A stretch of 64,000 bases of DNA from Heterodontus francisci. Taxonomy: Eukaryota. The notes under the pieces were generated by a model. That model was not told the DNA's origin and searched no databases. It saw only the letters and a list, made by a program, of their open reading frames with translations. Shown here piece by piece: positions 23,460 through 36,500 of this stretch; the first letter of the stretch is position 1; the number at the start of each line of letters is the position of its first letter. The stretch is taken from positions 88,577,691 to 88,641,690 of the forward strand of contig NC_090387.1 of the NCBI RefSeq assembly GCF_036365525.1. Direction: 5' to 3'. Made by a program: the position numbers and the translations under genes.

Positions 23460-24450
23460 GAAGGAAACAGCAGATGAGATATCGTTCCTTCCGTGACACC
23501 CTGGTCCACTCCTCCATTACCCCCACCATCTCATCCCCTTCCCATGGAACCTTCCCCTGCAATAGCAGGAGGTCTAATATCTGCACATTTACCTCCTCTT
23601 TCCTCACTATCGCAGGCACCAAACACTCCTTTCAGGTGAAGCAGCGATTTACTTGTACTTCTTTCAATGTAGTATACTGTATTCGCTGCTCGCAATGTGG
23701 TCTCATCTACATTGGGCAGACCAAACGCAGACTGGGTAACCACTTTGTGGATCACCTCCACTCAGTCCGCAAGCAGGACCCCGAGCTCCCAGTTGCTTGC
23801 TATTTCAACACTCCCCCCTGCTCTCATGCTCACATCTCTGTCCTGGGATTGCTGCAGTGTTCCGGTGAACATCAATGCAAGCTCGAGGAACAGCATCTCA
23901 TTTACTGATTAGGCACTTTACAACCTGCCGAAGTGGACATCGAGTTCAATAATTTCAGAGCATGACGGACTCCCCATTTTACTTTTATTTTCAGTTATTT
24001 TATTTATTTTTCCTTTATATATATATAGTTGTGTTTATGTTATTTTATTTCATCTTAGTTTGTTCAGTTTGCTTACCAACTGTCTTTTTCATGTTTGTAC
24101 TGGCAGCTGTTCAATTTACAGTCCATTAACGCCCTATCTGTACTAATGCTTTGTCTTTCAACACACCATTAACATATTGCTTGCCTTTGCTCCACGTCCT
24201 TCTGGTCAGCTATTCGATGACCTTGTCCTGTTAACACCTTCTCCTTTGTTATCTCTTGTCCCACCCACGCTTTAATGGGTAAGAACCTTTTACATTTCTA
24301 ATATTTGCTCGTTCTGAAGAAGGGTCACTTACCTGAAACGTTAAATCTGCTTCTCTCGCCACAGATACTGCCAGACCTGCTGAGTATTTCCAGCATTTCT
24401 TTTTTTTTTTCAGATTTGCAGCATCCACAGTATTTTGCTTTCATTATAGC
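23460..24450 (+). mobile_element. Penelope-like element fragment with GIY-YIG endonuclease
   Basis: ORF 23474-23908 FTCTSFNVVYCIRCSQCGLIYIGQTKRRL. Hammerhead motif at 24311-24345. Confidence 0.9.
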
Positions 24451-25359
24451 AGAAGATATATGTTGTTCAAAACTGGCATGCTGTTTAACTTCTGAGCAGC
24501 TGTTAAATAATGTACTAGAATTAGCTGTCTTCAGGCTGCATTAAAAAACACAATTTAGCCAGCCTTCTTGAAATGCAGGAACAAGATGAAATGACACACT
24601 GAGCTTCGTTGAGGGAATTGCGAGAACATGCGCTTGGTTGTAGTCTTCTGCTTTTCCTTTCAATTGCCTCCTTTTTCTGACTTTTTTGACAACTTAGCAG
24701 CACTTTATTTTTGTCTCCTTCCAGAAGATATCTCACACACACACGCACACACACATGGGCGAACAATTGTCACAGTCTTGTTTATTTGTTTTTTAATCTC
24801 TTCAGAAATATTGTGTGTGCCTTTCAGACTGTAAAACGAACAGTGCACCTTTAAGACAGAATGTGTCGGAGACTCCAGCTTGTTCATGATCAGATTCATA
24901 TATTTTAATTGGGGACTTTGTCCATGATGAGAATCATATTTAATTAGGCAGTACACATCTGGCATCAGAATCAGACTAATTTGGAGGGCTCACATTTGGA
25001 AACTTATTAATGGCACATCTCTGGGATAACATATAAATTGTTGTCTTGCATCTGGAATCACATTAATTGCTCTCGCTTCTGGGATCTTGTCAAATGGAAG
25101 CTCGATTTCTGGGATCCAAATCTAACACTAATTACGAAAACTAAAAGGAACAAGAATGTTTGTATAGTAAGGTGCAATTGATACTGTTGTAATGGCATTA
25201 GCGGTCGAAGCAGAGTGTTTGGGAAAGCGGAGTGTTTCACTCAGTGACTTGATAACGTTACTTAAGAATAAAGTATAAGAATTGGAGCAAAGGTTGGTGT
25301 TATAACTGAAATGAAGTTCCCGAAAAGTAGACATAATTGCCATAATAGCCCAACATCTG

Positions 25360-25443
25360 GAAGAAGAAGAAGAAGAAGAAGAAGAAAAAGAAGAAGAAGA
25401 AGAAGAAGAAGAAGAAGAAGAAGAAAAGAAGAAGAAGAAGAAG
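25360..25443 (+). repeat. (GAA)n microsatellite abutting a SINE 5' end
   Basis: About 84 bp of imperfect GAA repeats, directly visible. Confidence 0.95.
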
Positions 25444-25772
25444 GGTAGCACAGTGGCGCAGTGGTTTGCACTGCAGCCTCACAGCTCCAGCGACCCGGGT
25501 TCGATTCTGGATACTGCCTGTGTGGAGTTTGCAAGTTCTCCCTGTGACTGCGTGGGTTTTCGCTGGGTGCTCTGGTTTCCTCCCACAGCCAAAGATTTGC
25601 AGGTTGATTGGTAAATTGGCCATTATAAATTGCCCCTAGTATAGGTAGGTGGTAGGGGATGTGAGAGGGTAATGGGATTCATGTAGGATTAGTATAACTG
25701 GGTGGTTGATGGTCGGCACAGACTCAGTGGGCCGAAGGGCCTGTTTCAGTGCTGTATATCGAAATAAATAAA
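25444..25772 (+). mobile_element. V-SINE (HE1-like)
   Basis: Near-identical to 13607-13950. A and B boxes, (TAAA)n tail. Confidence 0.88.
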
Positions 25773-28319
25773 GAAGAAGAACAACAACAAGGGGAATACG
25801 AGGAATAAGAAGGTAGTAAGTCAAAGAGTGATCTAGTGTTATTGGCTAGGATTGAGTTAGAAATAAAACAAAACTTAAGGCTGAAAAATGATTAAGAAAA
25901 TATGAACTTCATACAGAAAGAGAAATGAGGGAATATGGGCTAAAATAGATGGTACTAAAAGAAAGGGTTAGTTTTGAATCCAGGGAAAATTCGGGAAGAA
26001 TCTGAATTCAGCTCAGGACCCAGTGAAAAGTTCTTGAAATTGATAAAGGCTCTTCCTACGTTCCAGGGAATGGACATGGCGGCATTTTTCACATCTTTTG
26101 GAAAATAGCCTAACAGATGAAATGGGCAACGGAAAGTTGGCCACTGCTTATGCAAATCAAGTTGGTAGGCAGAGCTCATGAATTGTATGCCATGCTTCCT
26201 GCAGAGGCTTCTGCAGATTATGAGATGGCAAATAAAATCTATTCTCGCTGCCTATGACATAGTCCCTGAAGCTTGCTGTCAGAGATTTCTGAATGCATGG
26301 AGATTGGCCAGTCAGATATAGATAGAATTTGAGAGGGAGAAACAAATTATTTTTGACCGTTGGTTATGTGCAAGAAAGACGGAAACCACATATGTGAAGC
26401 TTCGAGAATTGATTCACTTCGAATAGTATAAAAGACCCCATTCATTCAGCAGTGAGAACTCATGTGGATAACCTCAAAGTTTTGAAAACTAGGCAAGCTG
26501 CAGAAGTTGCTGATGATTTTGAGCTTGTGAATAAATTAACACCTTTTGTCTGTCACCACCATAAACCCAAATAGGAGTGAAAGTGGAAGAGTGAATGGAA
26601 GGCAAATAGAGAGGGACAAGGAGAAACAGGCTGGAAATGCCCCAATATCACCTCCTCAGGTCAGAAATGAAGGTGCTGAGGGTAGAAGTGAGGTTCACAA
26701 GCAAAAGTGTTATCATTGCAACAAAATGGGTCATCGTCGTTCAGAATGCTGGAAATTGTGAGGTAAACCCATAATCCTTGTTGGGAGCATAAAGCTAGTG
26801 CAGAGGGAAACATTCTGACTGAGAGCAAAGTAAACCAGGCTATAGCTTTAACAGCAGTTGTAAAACCGGATACCAAAACTAAAATGAGTGTCGAGATTAA
26901 AAATAATATAATCAAAAGTTAGCATGATTTTTTGTCAAAGGGGAGAGTAACTCCATATCCTCTAAGTGAGGCGCAAAAGCCTATCATTGTCCTTAGGATA
27001 GAGTAGCAGGCCAAACACTCTTGCTGGCGAATAAAATAATGTTTCCACAAGACAGCGCCTTAAACACTAAAGATTTAGTTAATGGAATTGGTTGGAAGTA
27101 TATACATGTACCTTTGTATAAAGTACGCCTAGAGAATGACTTAATACCTTGGACATTAACTGTAGGTATAGTCCACAGTTTGCCTGTAGAGGGAATTGGT
27201 CTATTCCTAGGAAATGATTTGGCTGGGCCAAAACTATCGGTTTCTCCTATTATTACAGAGGAACCAAGTGCAATTAAGGAAATGGAGCAATTACAAGAGC
27301 AAGTTCCAGGAATATTTCCTGTGTGTGCAGTTACCTGAGCAATGGCTAAATAGGATCTATTGTCGGAAGTAAAATGGGCACAACAAATGGGTAGCCAAGT
27401 ATCTGAACCCTTATTTGTGGATTTAGATAATCCAAATGAGATGTTTAACTGACCGTCTATCATTGCTGCACAGCAAGCTGATCCAGAGATATACTGAATG
27501 GCACAGAAGCTGAGGGGAAAAGGGGTTCTGTAAGTCTATTATATGGCAAACTGGGTTTTGAGGAGGAGATGGAGACAACCTAATAGACCTTCAGACGAAA
27601 ACTGGACAGTTGCTGAACAGTGAATGGCACCACCTAAATATTGCCAGAGATTATTAAGGTGAGCAAGTTACATTCATTTTGCAGGACATAGAGGAATTTG
27701 GAAGACCAAATCACGAATGAGCCAACATTATTACTAGCCAGGTCTTACAAATGATGTGAGACAATTTTGTAGGACATGCAATACATGCTAAGTAGTGGGA
27801 AAAACACAACCTATCATAAAACTGCCAACACTTGTTCGCATACCAGTGATTAAGAAGCCTTTTAGCAGGACATTAGTAGACTGTGTAGGACCCTTGTCAA
27901 AAACAAATGCGAGACATCAACACATACTTACTATCATGGATAAAGCTACTCGATTTCTAGAAGCCACTCCTTTGAGGACATATACTGCTGGAATATTAGT
28001 AGAAAAGTTCACCCAATTCTTTACGAGATATGGGTTGGCACTTGAAGTTCAATCAGATCGACTTTCTAATTTCATGTCTAAGATATTTCAAGACGCCATG
28101 GGCGATTTGGGGATTGAACAGTTGAAATCTTCGGCATATCAGTCTTAGTCACGGAGCTTTAGAGAGATTCCACCAAACTCTCAAAACAATGATTAGAACA
28201 TACTGTCACGAATATTCACATGACTGGGATATTGGACGAGACTTTATTTTATTTGACACCAGAGACTAACTGAATGAGTCTGCAGGCTTCAGTCTTTTCA
28301 AATTGCTGTTTTTTTGCCC

Positions 28320-28690
28320 ACTGTTTTGCCCACAAATTGCTGCCCACTGTTTTTTTCAGGTTGTTTTTCTTCAGGTTTGCACTTGCTGCTGTTCAGTATT
28401 CAGTGTATTCACACCTAATCTGTACTAATGCTTTGTCTTTCAACACACCATTAACATATTGTTTGCCTTTTCTCCGTGACCTTTTGGTCAGCTATGTGGC
28501 CTGGTCCAATCTGCACCTTCTCCTTTGTTATCTCTTGCCCCACCCCCACCTCACTTGTTTATAATCTGTGACTTTTCTAATATTTGTCAGTTCCGAAGAA
28601 GGGTCACTGACCTGAAACGTTAACTCTGCTTCTCTTTCCACAGATGCTGCCAGACCTGCTGAGTGATTCCGGCATTTCTTGTTTTTCTTT
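28320..28690 (+). mobile_element. Penelope-like 3' non-coding fragment inserted in the Gypsy integrase
   Basis: Homologous to 12370-12700. Hammerhead variant AGTT-CCGAAGA...GAAACGTT-AACT at 28589-28625. Confidence 0.8.
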
Positions 28691-30269
28691 CAAATTGCTT
28701 TATGGACATGAAGTAAGAGGTCTCCTAAAACCTATAAAATACCGATTCTTTGGAACAAAACAATGAATCCTCGATACTGGACTTTGCGTCTGTGTTCCAG
28801 GAAAAGCTCTTGAAAGCTTGTGGTGTGGCTCAGGATCACTTTAAACAATCGCAACATAATTTGAACAAATGGACATGCAAGAATGTAAAAGCCTGCGATT
28901 TGTAATCAGGGAATGAAGTATTAGTGTTGTTACCATTACAGGGAGACCCATTAAAAGCACAGTTCAGTAGCCCATATAAAGTGATAAAAAGAGTGGGTAA
29001 GGAAGATTACTTGATTGACACCCTTGATTGTCGAAGAAGGACCGGCTGTGTCACATCAATTCGTTAAACCAATATTATCACAGGGAGGAGGATAAGTCAG
29101 TACAAGTATGTCAGGTAATCAGGAGTGTTCAGAAGGAAAAACGGATAGTGAGGATGGGGCAGAAGCAGACCGAGACAATTCTCAGACTGAACCTCAAACC
29201 ATCAGGATAGCGAATACAGAATGGCTAGGCAAATTGGACAATATGCTTTTGAACTTAGAGGCAAAATAACGTGAAGACCTAACCAGGCTTTTCACAACAT
29301 TTAAAAGAGTTTGTGGGGATAATCCAGGATGTACATGCTTAGCCATAAATTATGTGGATATAGGGGGAACTGTTCCTTTAAAACAACATCCTTACTGCTT
29401 GAGTGCAGACAAACAGGCTCAAGTGAAAGTTGAGATCCAGTGCATGTTGAAAGACAATTTGAACGAACTTAATCAAAGTAGCTGGAGTTCACCAGTGGTT
29501 CTAAACCTCAACCTGACGGGTGAACCCGATTTTGTATCGACTATAGAAATGTCAATGCAGGAACAAAAGAAGACTCTGTACCAATTCCACGTTTAGAAGA
29601 CTACATTGAGAGAATGGGGCATCACTAAGTTTCTTACCAGCATTGACTTCTTAAAAGGAGATGGCAAGTAACTATGACTCCTCGAGCCAAAGAGATATCA
29701 GCTTTTCTAAAACCTTACTGTCATAATCAGCGCCGGGTGATGCCTTTCAGGCTAAAAAATGCCCAGCCAATTTTCAAAGATTAATGATTCCGCTGGTAGC
29801 CAGTCCTCTGAACACTGTGTTTTATACTCAATGGTATACTAATATACAGCAACGCTTGGTAAGAATACTTAAACCAGCTAAAAATTCTGTTCAAAAAGTT
29901 ACAAGTCATGGACTTAGTGATATATTTGGGGAAAAAAGTGAATTCGGAAAAGCAAGACTAACTTAGCTCGAACCATACTGGAGCAAGGACAGGTATTGTC
30001 AAAATTGCAGAGGTGCAAGCCTCCATGGAGTTCCCTAACCCTAAATCTAAATAGGAAATAATGAGGTTCTTAGGATGTGCGTTTTTTTTTTACTGGAAAT
30101 GTGTATGAAAGTATAGTACTGTGGATGCTCCGTCAACCGACTTTTGAAAAGCTAAAGGCAATACTAACCAATAAACCACTGTTGGCTGCTCCAAATTTCG
30201 CTAAACCCTTTAAAATATCGATCGATGCTTGCGACCTGCGGGTTGCTGCAGTCCTATTGCAAGATGATA

Positions 30270-32040
30270 GAAAACAGACTGTAAAAGCTTCTATAGGTAC
30301 GTAAAAAGGAACCATATGGCAAAGACTAATGTGGGTCTATTACAGGCAGAGTCGGGAGAGTTTGTAATGATGAATAGTGAAATGGCAGAGAAGCTGAATG
30401 ATTACTTTGTGTCTGTCGTCACTGAAGAAGATACAATAAATCTCCCAAAATTAGAGATGCAATCGATTAGGGGAAATGCGGAATTGAAGGAAATTGGTAT
30501 TAGTAAAAAGGTTGAATTGGAGAAATTAATGGGGCTGAAGGGCTGAAGGACGCTAAGTCCCCAGTCCCTGTTATTCTACATCCCAGAGTGTTGAAATAGG
30601 TAGCTATGGAGAAATTGGATGCATTGGTGATCATCTTACAAAATCTATAGATTCTGGAGCGGTTCCTGCAGATTGGAAGGGTGTAACTGTCACCCCACTA
30701 TTTAAGAAGGGAGAGAGAGAGAGAGAATAGGGAATTACAGACTTGTCAGCCATACATCAGTCCGTGAGAAAATGCTGGAATCTATTTTAAAGGACACTTG
30801 GACACTTGGATAATAATGATGTCATTTGGCAAAGGCAACATGTGTGCATGAATGGGAAATCAGGTTTGAAGAACCTGTTTTAGTTTTTTGAGGCTGTTAC
30901 TAACAGAATTGATAAAGAGGAATTGGTGGACGTGGTATATTTGGATATTCAGATGGTCTTTGATAAAGTACCCCACAGGAGACAGTTTAGCAAAATTAAA
31001 GCATCTGGGATAGGAGATAATATACTGACATGGATTAAGGACTGGTTAACAGACATAAAGCAGAGACTAGGAATAGACAGGTCATTCTCGCGTTGTCAAG
31101 CAGTGACGAGTTGGATACCGCACAGATCAGGACTTGTTCCTCATATGTTCACAATATATATCAATTATTTTGATGTGGGGACCAAATGTAATATTTCCAA
31201 GTTCACAGATGGATGCAAAATTAGGTGGGATTTTTTTTTGTGAGGAAGATACAAAGCAGCTTCAAGCATATTTGGGCAGATTTAGTGAATAGGTAAGAAC
31301 ATGGCAGATGGAATATAATGTCGAAAAATCTGAGGTTATCAACTTTAGTAGGAAGAACAAATGTGAAGAACATTTCTTAAAAGGTAAGAGATTAGAAAGT
31401 TTAGATGTAGAAAGCTGCCCTTGTCAATAGCTAACATGCAGGTGCTGCAAGCAATTAAGAAGGCTAAAGGTATTTCGGACCGCAGCTGGTGTACTTTGTG
31501 CAGTTCTGGTCCCCTTACCTTCGGAAGGATATTATTGCCATAGAGGCAGTGTAACAAAGATATACCAGTCTTGCTCCCAGGATGGTGGGACTGCCCTATG
31601 AAGAGAGATTGGGGAAACTGTGCCTGTATCCTGTAGAGCTTCCAAGAATGAGAGGTGATCACATTGAAACCTACAAAATACTTAAAGTGATAGACAGGGT
31701 AAATACAGCTAAAATGTTTCCCCTGGTTGGGGAATCGTGAATCAGGGGTCACAAGTTCAAAATATGGGGGAAACCACTTACGGCAGACATTAGGAGAAAT
31801 TTCTTTACTCGGTGTGTTGTGAATCTTTGGAATTCTCTGCCCCAGAGGGCTGTGGAAGCTCAGTCATTGAGTATGTTTAAAGCAGAGATTGACAGATGTC
31901 TAAAGACAAATGAAATAAGGGCATATGGGAGTAGTGTGGAAAAAAAGGCATTGAAGTAGCTGATCAGGCATGATCATATTGAATGGCAGGGCAGGCTGGA
32001 TGGACTAAATGGCCTACTCCTTCTCCTATGTTGCTATGAC
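30270..32040 (+). mobile_element. Degenerate CR1 LINE inserted in the Gypsy RNase H
   Basis: KTNVGLLQAESGE, VDVVYLDIQMVFDKVPH and ISKFTD motifs, with 3' UTR. RNase H homology resumes after 32040. Confidence 0.87.
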
Positions 32041-33519
32041 GAATCAGGCAAAGAGAAGTCAGTAGTTTTTTTCCCCAGGAAACTACATTATCATCAAAAC
32101 AATGTGTTCCACTTTTGGAAAAGAAACATTGGGAATTTTACTGGCTGTCAGACGTTTTGAGGTATATATCTACCAGGACTATAAAGAAGTAATAATGTAC
32201 ACTGACCATAACCCATTAATTTTCATGAAAAAATACTTAATGCTAGAATCTTTCGATGGAGTCTTTTGTTACAGCCTTATCATTGAAGGGTTTTGCATAA
32301 GTTGGGGGAAAATAATGTTATCGCATACACTTTGCCACGGATTGAAATATGTTAACTGATATAGATGACAATGGAATAAAGAAAATGCTGTAAATTATAA
32401 GGCGAGTGAATGGTGCATAAATGCGGGAGAAAAACGTTCGTGCCTTTCCAATTTCTATATGTTTTCGTATTGTAATGAAACGCATTTCGGAAATGGCATT
32501 TCATTTCGCCAAGGTGTGCCTTCAACACTGTAAAAAGAACGGTGCACCATTAAGACAGAAGGATCCGGAGACTCGGACTGCCAGATTGCATTCCGGTTGC
32601 CAAGCAACAACAGCAGTAGGAGAGCACATGTGATTCAACGTTGCCGTTTGCCTTTCTAAACTAGCTGGCCTTTTGCTTTTAGCAAAGAGATTTCTGAGAT
32701 TTGAACTGAAGAAGCTGTGATATTTCTCTCTCAAAATGTTACAAATCTTCAAGCCGAATTAATTCCCTAAGACAAACAAGAAAAGCTTTTCTTTCTTAAC
32801 AAAGTATAGGTATTTGCTATGTTCATCACTGAAGGACAGATTAATGCTACAACAGCTGAACTGCTACATTCCTATCTTTAAAGGACCTTTTTTGTCCCAT
32901 CGGACCACTGTGATGACTTCAAGCAACCTTGGCCTGTTTCTACATTGGAAGACCACATTCATCAGGAATGCAACATGCAAAGACTTTATTTTTAAAAATA
33001 TTTATTGTCATCGGCCAGCTACTTAAAAACCGAATTGCAGTTAATTTTAGTATAAGCATGCCAATGCGAGAGTTAGATTTTTTAATAAAAAGTTATAAGG
33101 TCTTTAAACATAGGTTTATCTTAGTAGTGTTTAAGAGTTTAGTTGTTAAAAAAGTTAATTTGTTGTTGCCTAAAGATACCTGGTTTGGTCCGCTTCATTC
33201 AGAGGATTTTAGAGTGTTCTGTTTGACTGCTTTACCGATTTGGAAAGCTTAAAGAAATATGCCACAATCTGTGGAGCAACGGGACTGAATTAACAGTGCA
33301 TTGCTCCCGCCACGGTTGTAACACAACCAAACTGCTTGATAGTTCTCTCCCCACCCAAATGTTACCTGTTGCTACTGGGCTTGTCCAATTAAAGGAGTGC
33401 TTGTCAATTTCCTGCCCCTGTTGCCATGGGTTCTGCTCAAAGCCTAGCCAGAGCCAGATGAGAAACAGCAACACTGTTGCCATTCGGCCGTCACTGTCCC
33501 CTGAATTTTAAAAAAAAAC

Positions 33520-36500
33520 ATTTATTTAGCTTAACATTAAATGCCTCTTTAAAAATATTTTTAAGAAAACAGATTCTCTTTCTTACACCACCACCCTCGG
33601 AGGAACAAAACACCATTTGTAAATGTGTTTAATTACAAATTGTGGGAAAAATAAAATAAAACACATTTTTATTCTCGTACTCATTCACTTTCTTCTGCAT
33701 CTGCAATAACATGATTTTTACCTGCAATGTGGATAATCTTTAAATAATTAGGTTGTAACTGTAAACTCCAGAATAGTATGACATTCTGATTTTTAAATTT
33801 CTACAAAAAAACGTTTAGGGGGTTATGATCGGTCTATACCAGTGTCTCTCTGTAGTCGTGGTGGATGTAGACTTCAAAATGTTTCAGAGCCATTAATATA
33901 CCTAAGTCTTCTAATTTTCCACTGTGGAATATATTTCCTGATATTGATTTAGGTTTTTGGAGAAGTATCCCACTGGACGTTTTATTCCTGATTCATCCTC
34001 TTGCAACAGTACTGCACCGAACCCCAGGCCACTAGCATCAATTGCTACCTTGAAGGGCTTAGAGAAATTAGGAGCAGCCAACACTGGTTAATTATTCAAA
34101 ATGCCGTTCAGCCTTTCAAAGGATGCTTGGCACTCCCCTGATCACACAACCTCCGTTTACTTTTTCTGTAGTAAATTTGTCAGTGATACAGCTACGGTAC
34201 TGAAATTTGGTACAAACATTCGGTAAAACCATACATTCGCAGAAACTTCATGATTTCTCGCTTAGTCTTTGGGGTAGGGAACTCCACCAATGCTTGTATT
34301 TTTATGGTTCTTGGTAACACATGTCTTTGTCCTATTATATGCCCGAGAATTCACTTTTGGCAAGATTTATCACAAAGTGATCTGATTGTAATTTTTTGAA
34401 AATAGTTTCTACATGTTCCAAATGCTTCTTCTAAGTGTCACTATAGACCAGCACATCATCAAGGGAAACTGCAGAGTTAGGACCACTGGCTACCACTTGG
34501 TTCATTAGTCTTTGAAAGACTACTGGATCATGCTTTGTACCCCGAATGACATCACTTAGCGTTGTAAAAGACCGTCTGGTGTGAGCAAAGCTGATATTTC
34601 TTTAACTCGGGGTGTTAAAGAAACTTGCCAGTATCCCTCTACCAAATCTATTTTTGTAAGAGACTTGGCACTGCCCACTCTGCCAATACAGTCTTCCAAG
34701 TGAGGCAAAGTACAAAAACTGCTGTGAGTGTGGGGTTGTGAATAAGAAACCTGAGAGTCATAAGGAATTCTTGTTGAAAAGAAAAGTAACTCGTTATCCC
34801 TGAAGTGAAGAAGATAAATCTCTAGTTATACGTAGGGCTAAGGGAGCCAGCCAAACCACTTTTTGCTGGGGAAAGGCATAACATTTCCACATGAGAGCGG
34901 CTTGAACGCTACGTTTTGCGTGACTGGTATTGCTGGGGAGTATATGTCCACACTTTTGTATCGAGTACATCTAGAGTGTGACCTAATTGGGATTGGGCCG
35001 GAGCATTAACTTTTCTGTAGTCTATGCAAGTCTGGTTGAATCAGGTTTAGGCAATAAACTACTGGTGAACTCCAGTTGTTTTGACTTGGATCTCTTCGGT
35101 GGTTCTCCAGCATGTATTGGATTTCTGTTTTTACTAGAGCCTGTTTCTCTGGACTTAAGTGGTAAGGATGTTGTTTTATAGGAACGGATTCCCCTATATC
35201 CACGACATGCGAGGCTGAGGATATACATCCTGGCTTATCCCTGCAGAGTCTTCCAAATGCTGTGAGTAGCCTTGTTAGGTCTTCTCGTTGGTTTGAATTT
35301 AAATGCAAATCTCCCTAGCAAATCAGTAATAGCTAACTGAATAGTAGGAGGTTCACTTTGAGAATTGTCTAGGCCCCCTTCTATCGCATCCTCACGCTGT
35401 TTCATCCTTCACTGTTCCTTCAACCTGGCATACCTTTGTTTGCTTATCCTCCTCATGGCGACATTGTTTTAACATATTGACATGACACAGCTGATTTTTT
35501 TTCTGCTGATCTAGGGTGGCAATCAAATAATTTAACTCACCAATTCTCTGGAGCACTTTATAATGGCACTGAACCATCCTTTCATCTTCTGGATCCCCAT
35601 ATGTTCTGCGAGAGGAATGCTGTGTGTTAAACTTAATAGTTCCCGGTGATACCTTGGCGGTGAAACTAGCTGACAAACAACTGTCTAGTCTTCGTCTAGA
35701 GATCTCTGAGGAAGTCTCCACTTCCTCATTAGAAACACATTTTCAATATAATAACCTTCTGGAGGTCTTTATGCTTTAGCTTCTGTTAGAGCTCTTTGTG
35801 CCTCCTTCTTCAACTGTAGGTCAGCTTGCCGAGCTGTGATCAGAGAAGACGTGTTAAATATTTAATTTAGATTACCTAACTGTCCAAAGAGAGTTTCAAA
35901 TATTCAGATTTTTGGCTCCAACAATGGAACTTGTTTAACCATTGCTCGGGTTATGACACAAGGAAAGATTCCCGGAACCTTTTCCTGCAACAGTTCTGTC
36001 CCTTAAAGTTCACTTGGTTTTTCCTTAGCTGCTGGTAAAGCTATTACTTTCGCTCCAGGCAAATCATTCCCCGGGAGTAGATCAGCTCAATCTACTGGCA
36101 AGCTATGGACAACTCCCACAGTTGCCGTTCCAGACATTAGGTCACACTCTAGATGTACTCGATACAAAGGTGTGGACATATACTCCACAGCAATACCATT
36201 CACGAAAAACAGAGCGTTCAATCCGCTCTCTGGTGAAAATGTTATGCCTTTCCCCAGCAAAACGTGGTTTGGCTGGCTCCCTTAGCCCTACGTATAACTA
36301 TAGATTTATCTTCCTCACTTCAGGGATAACGAGTTACTTTTCCTTTCAACAAGAATTCCTTATGACTTTTAGGTTTCTTATTCACAACCCCTACACTCAG
36401 CATTTTTAGTACTTTGCCTCACAGCTACACTCAGATCAACAGCCATCAGGCTGTGCTCTTGATCAGGGTCCCTTTCACTGCATTGGCTTTGTGCACCCGA

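Larger units (their letters stand above)
24815..33322 (+). mobile_element. Degenerate Gmr1-like Gypsy LTR retrotransposon (gag-PR-INT-RT-RH order) with nested SINE, Penelope and CR1
   Basis: CYHCNKMGHRRSEC zinc knuckle (about 26708), integrase PFSRTLVDCVGPL...QSD..SNFMS (27795-28148) upstream of RT (about 29350-30000) and RNase H PNFAKPFKISIDAC. LTR-like similarity between 24829 and 32528. 3' end ...GGTTGTAACA. Confidence 0.85.

Noticed and set aside
25128-25623. Poly-Ser/Phe/Leu ORFs
   Set aside because: These are translations of the GAA microsatellite plus SINE.
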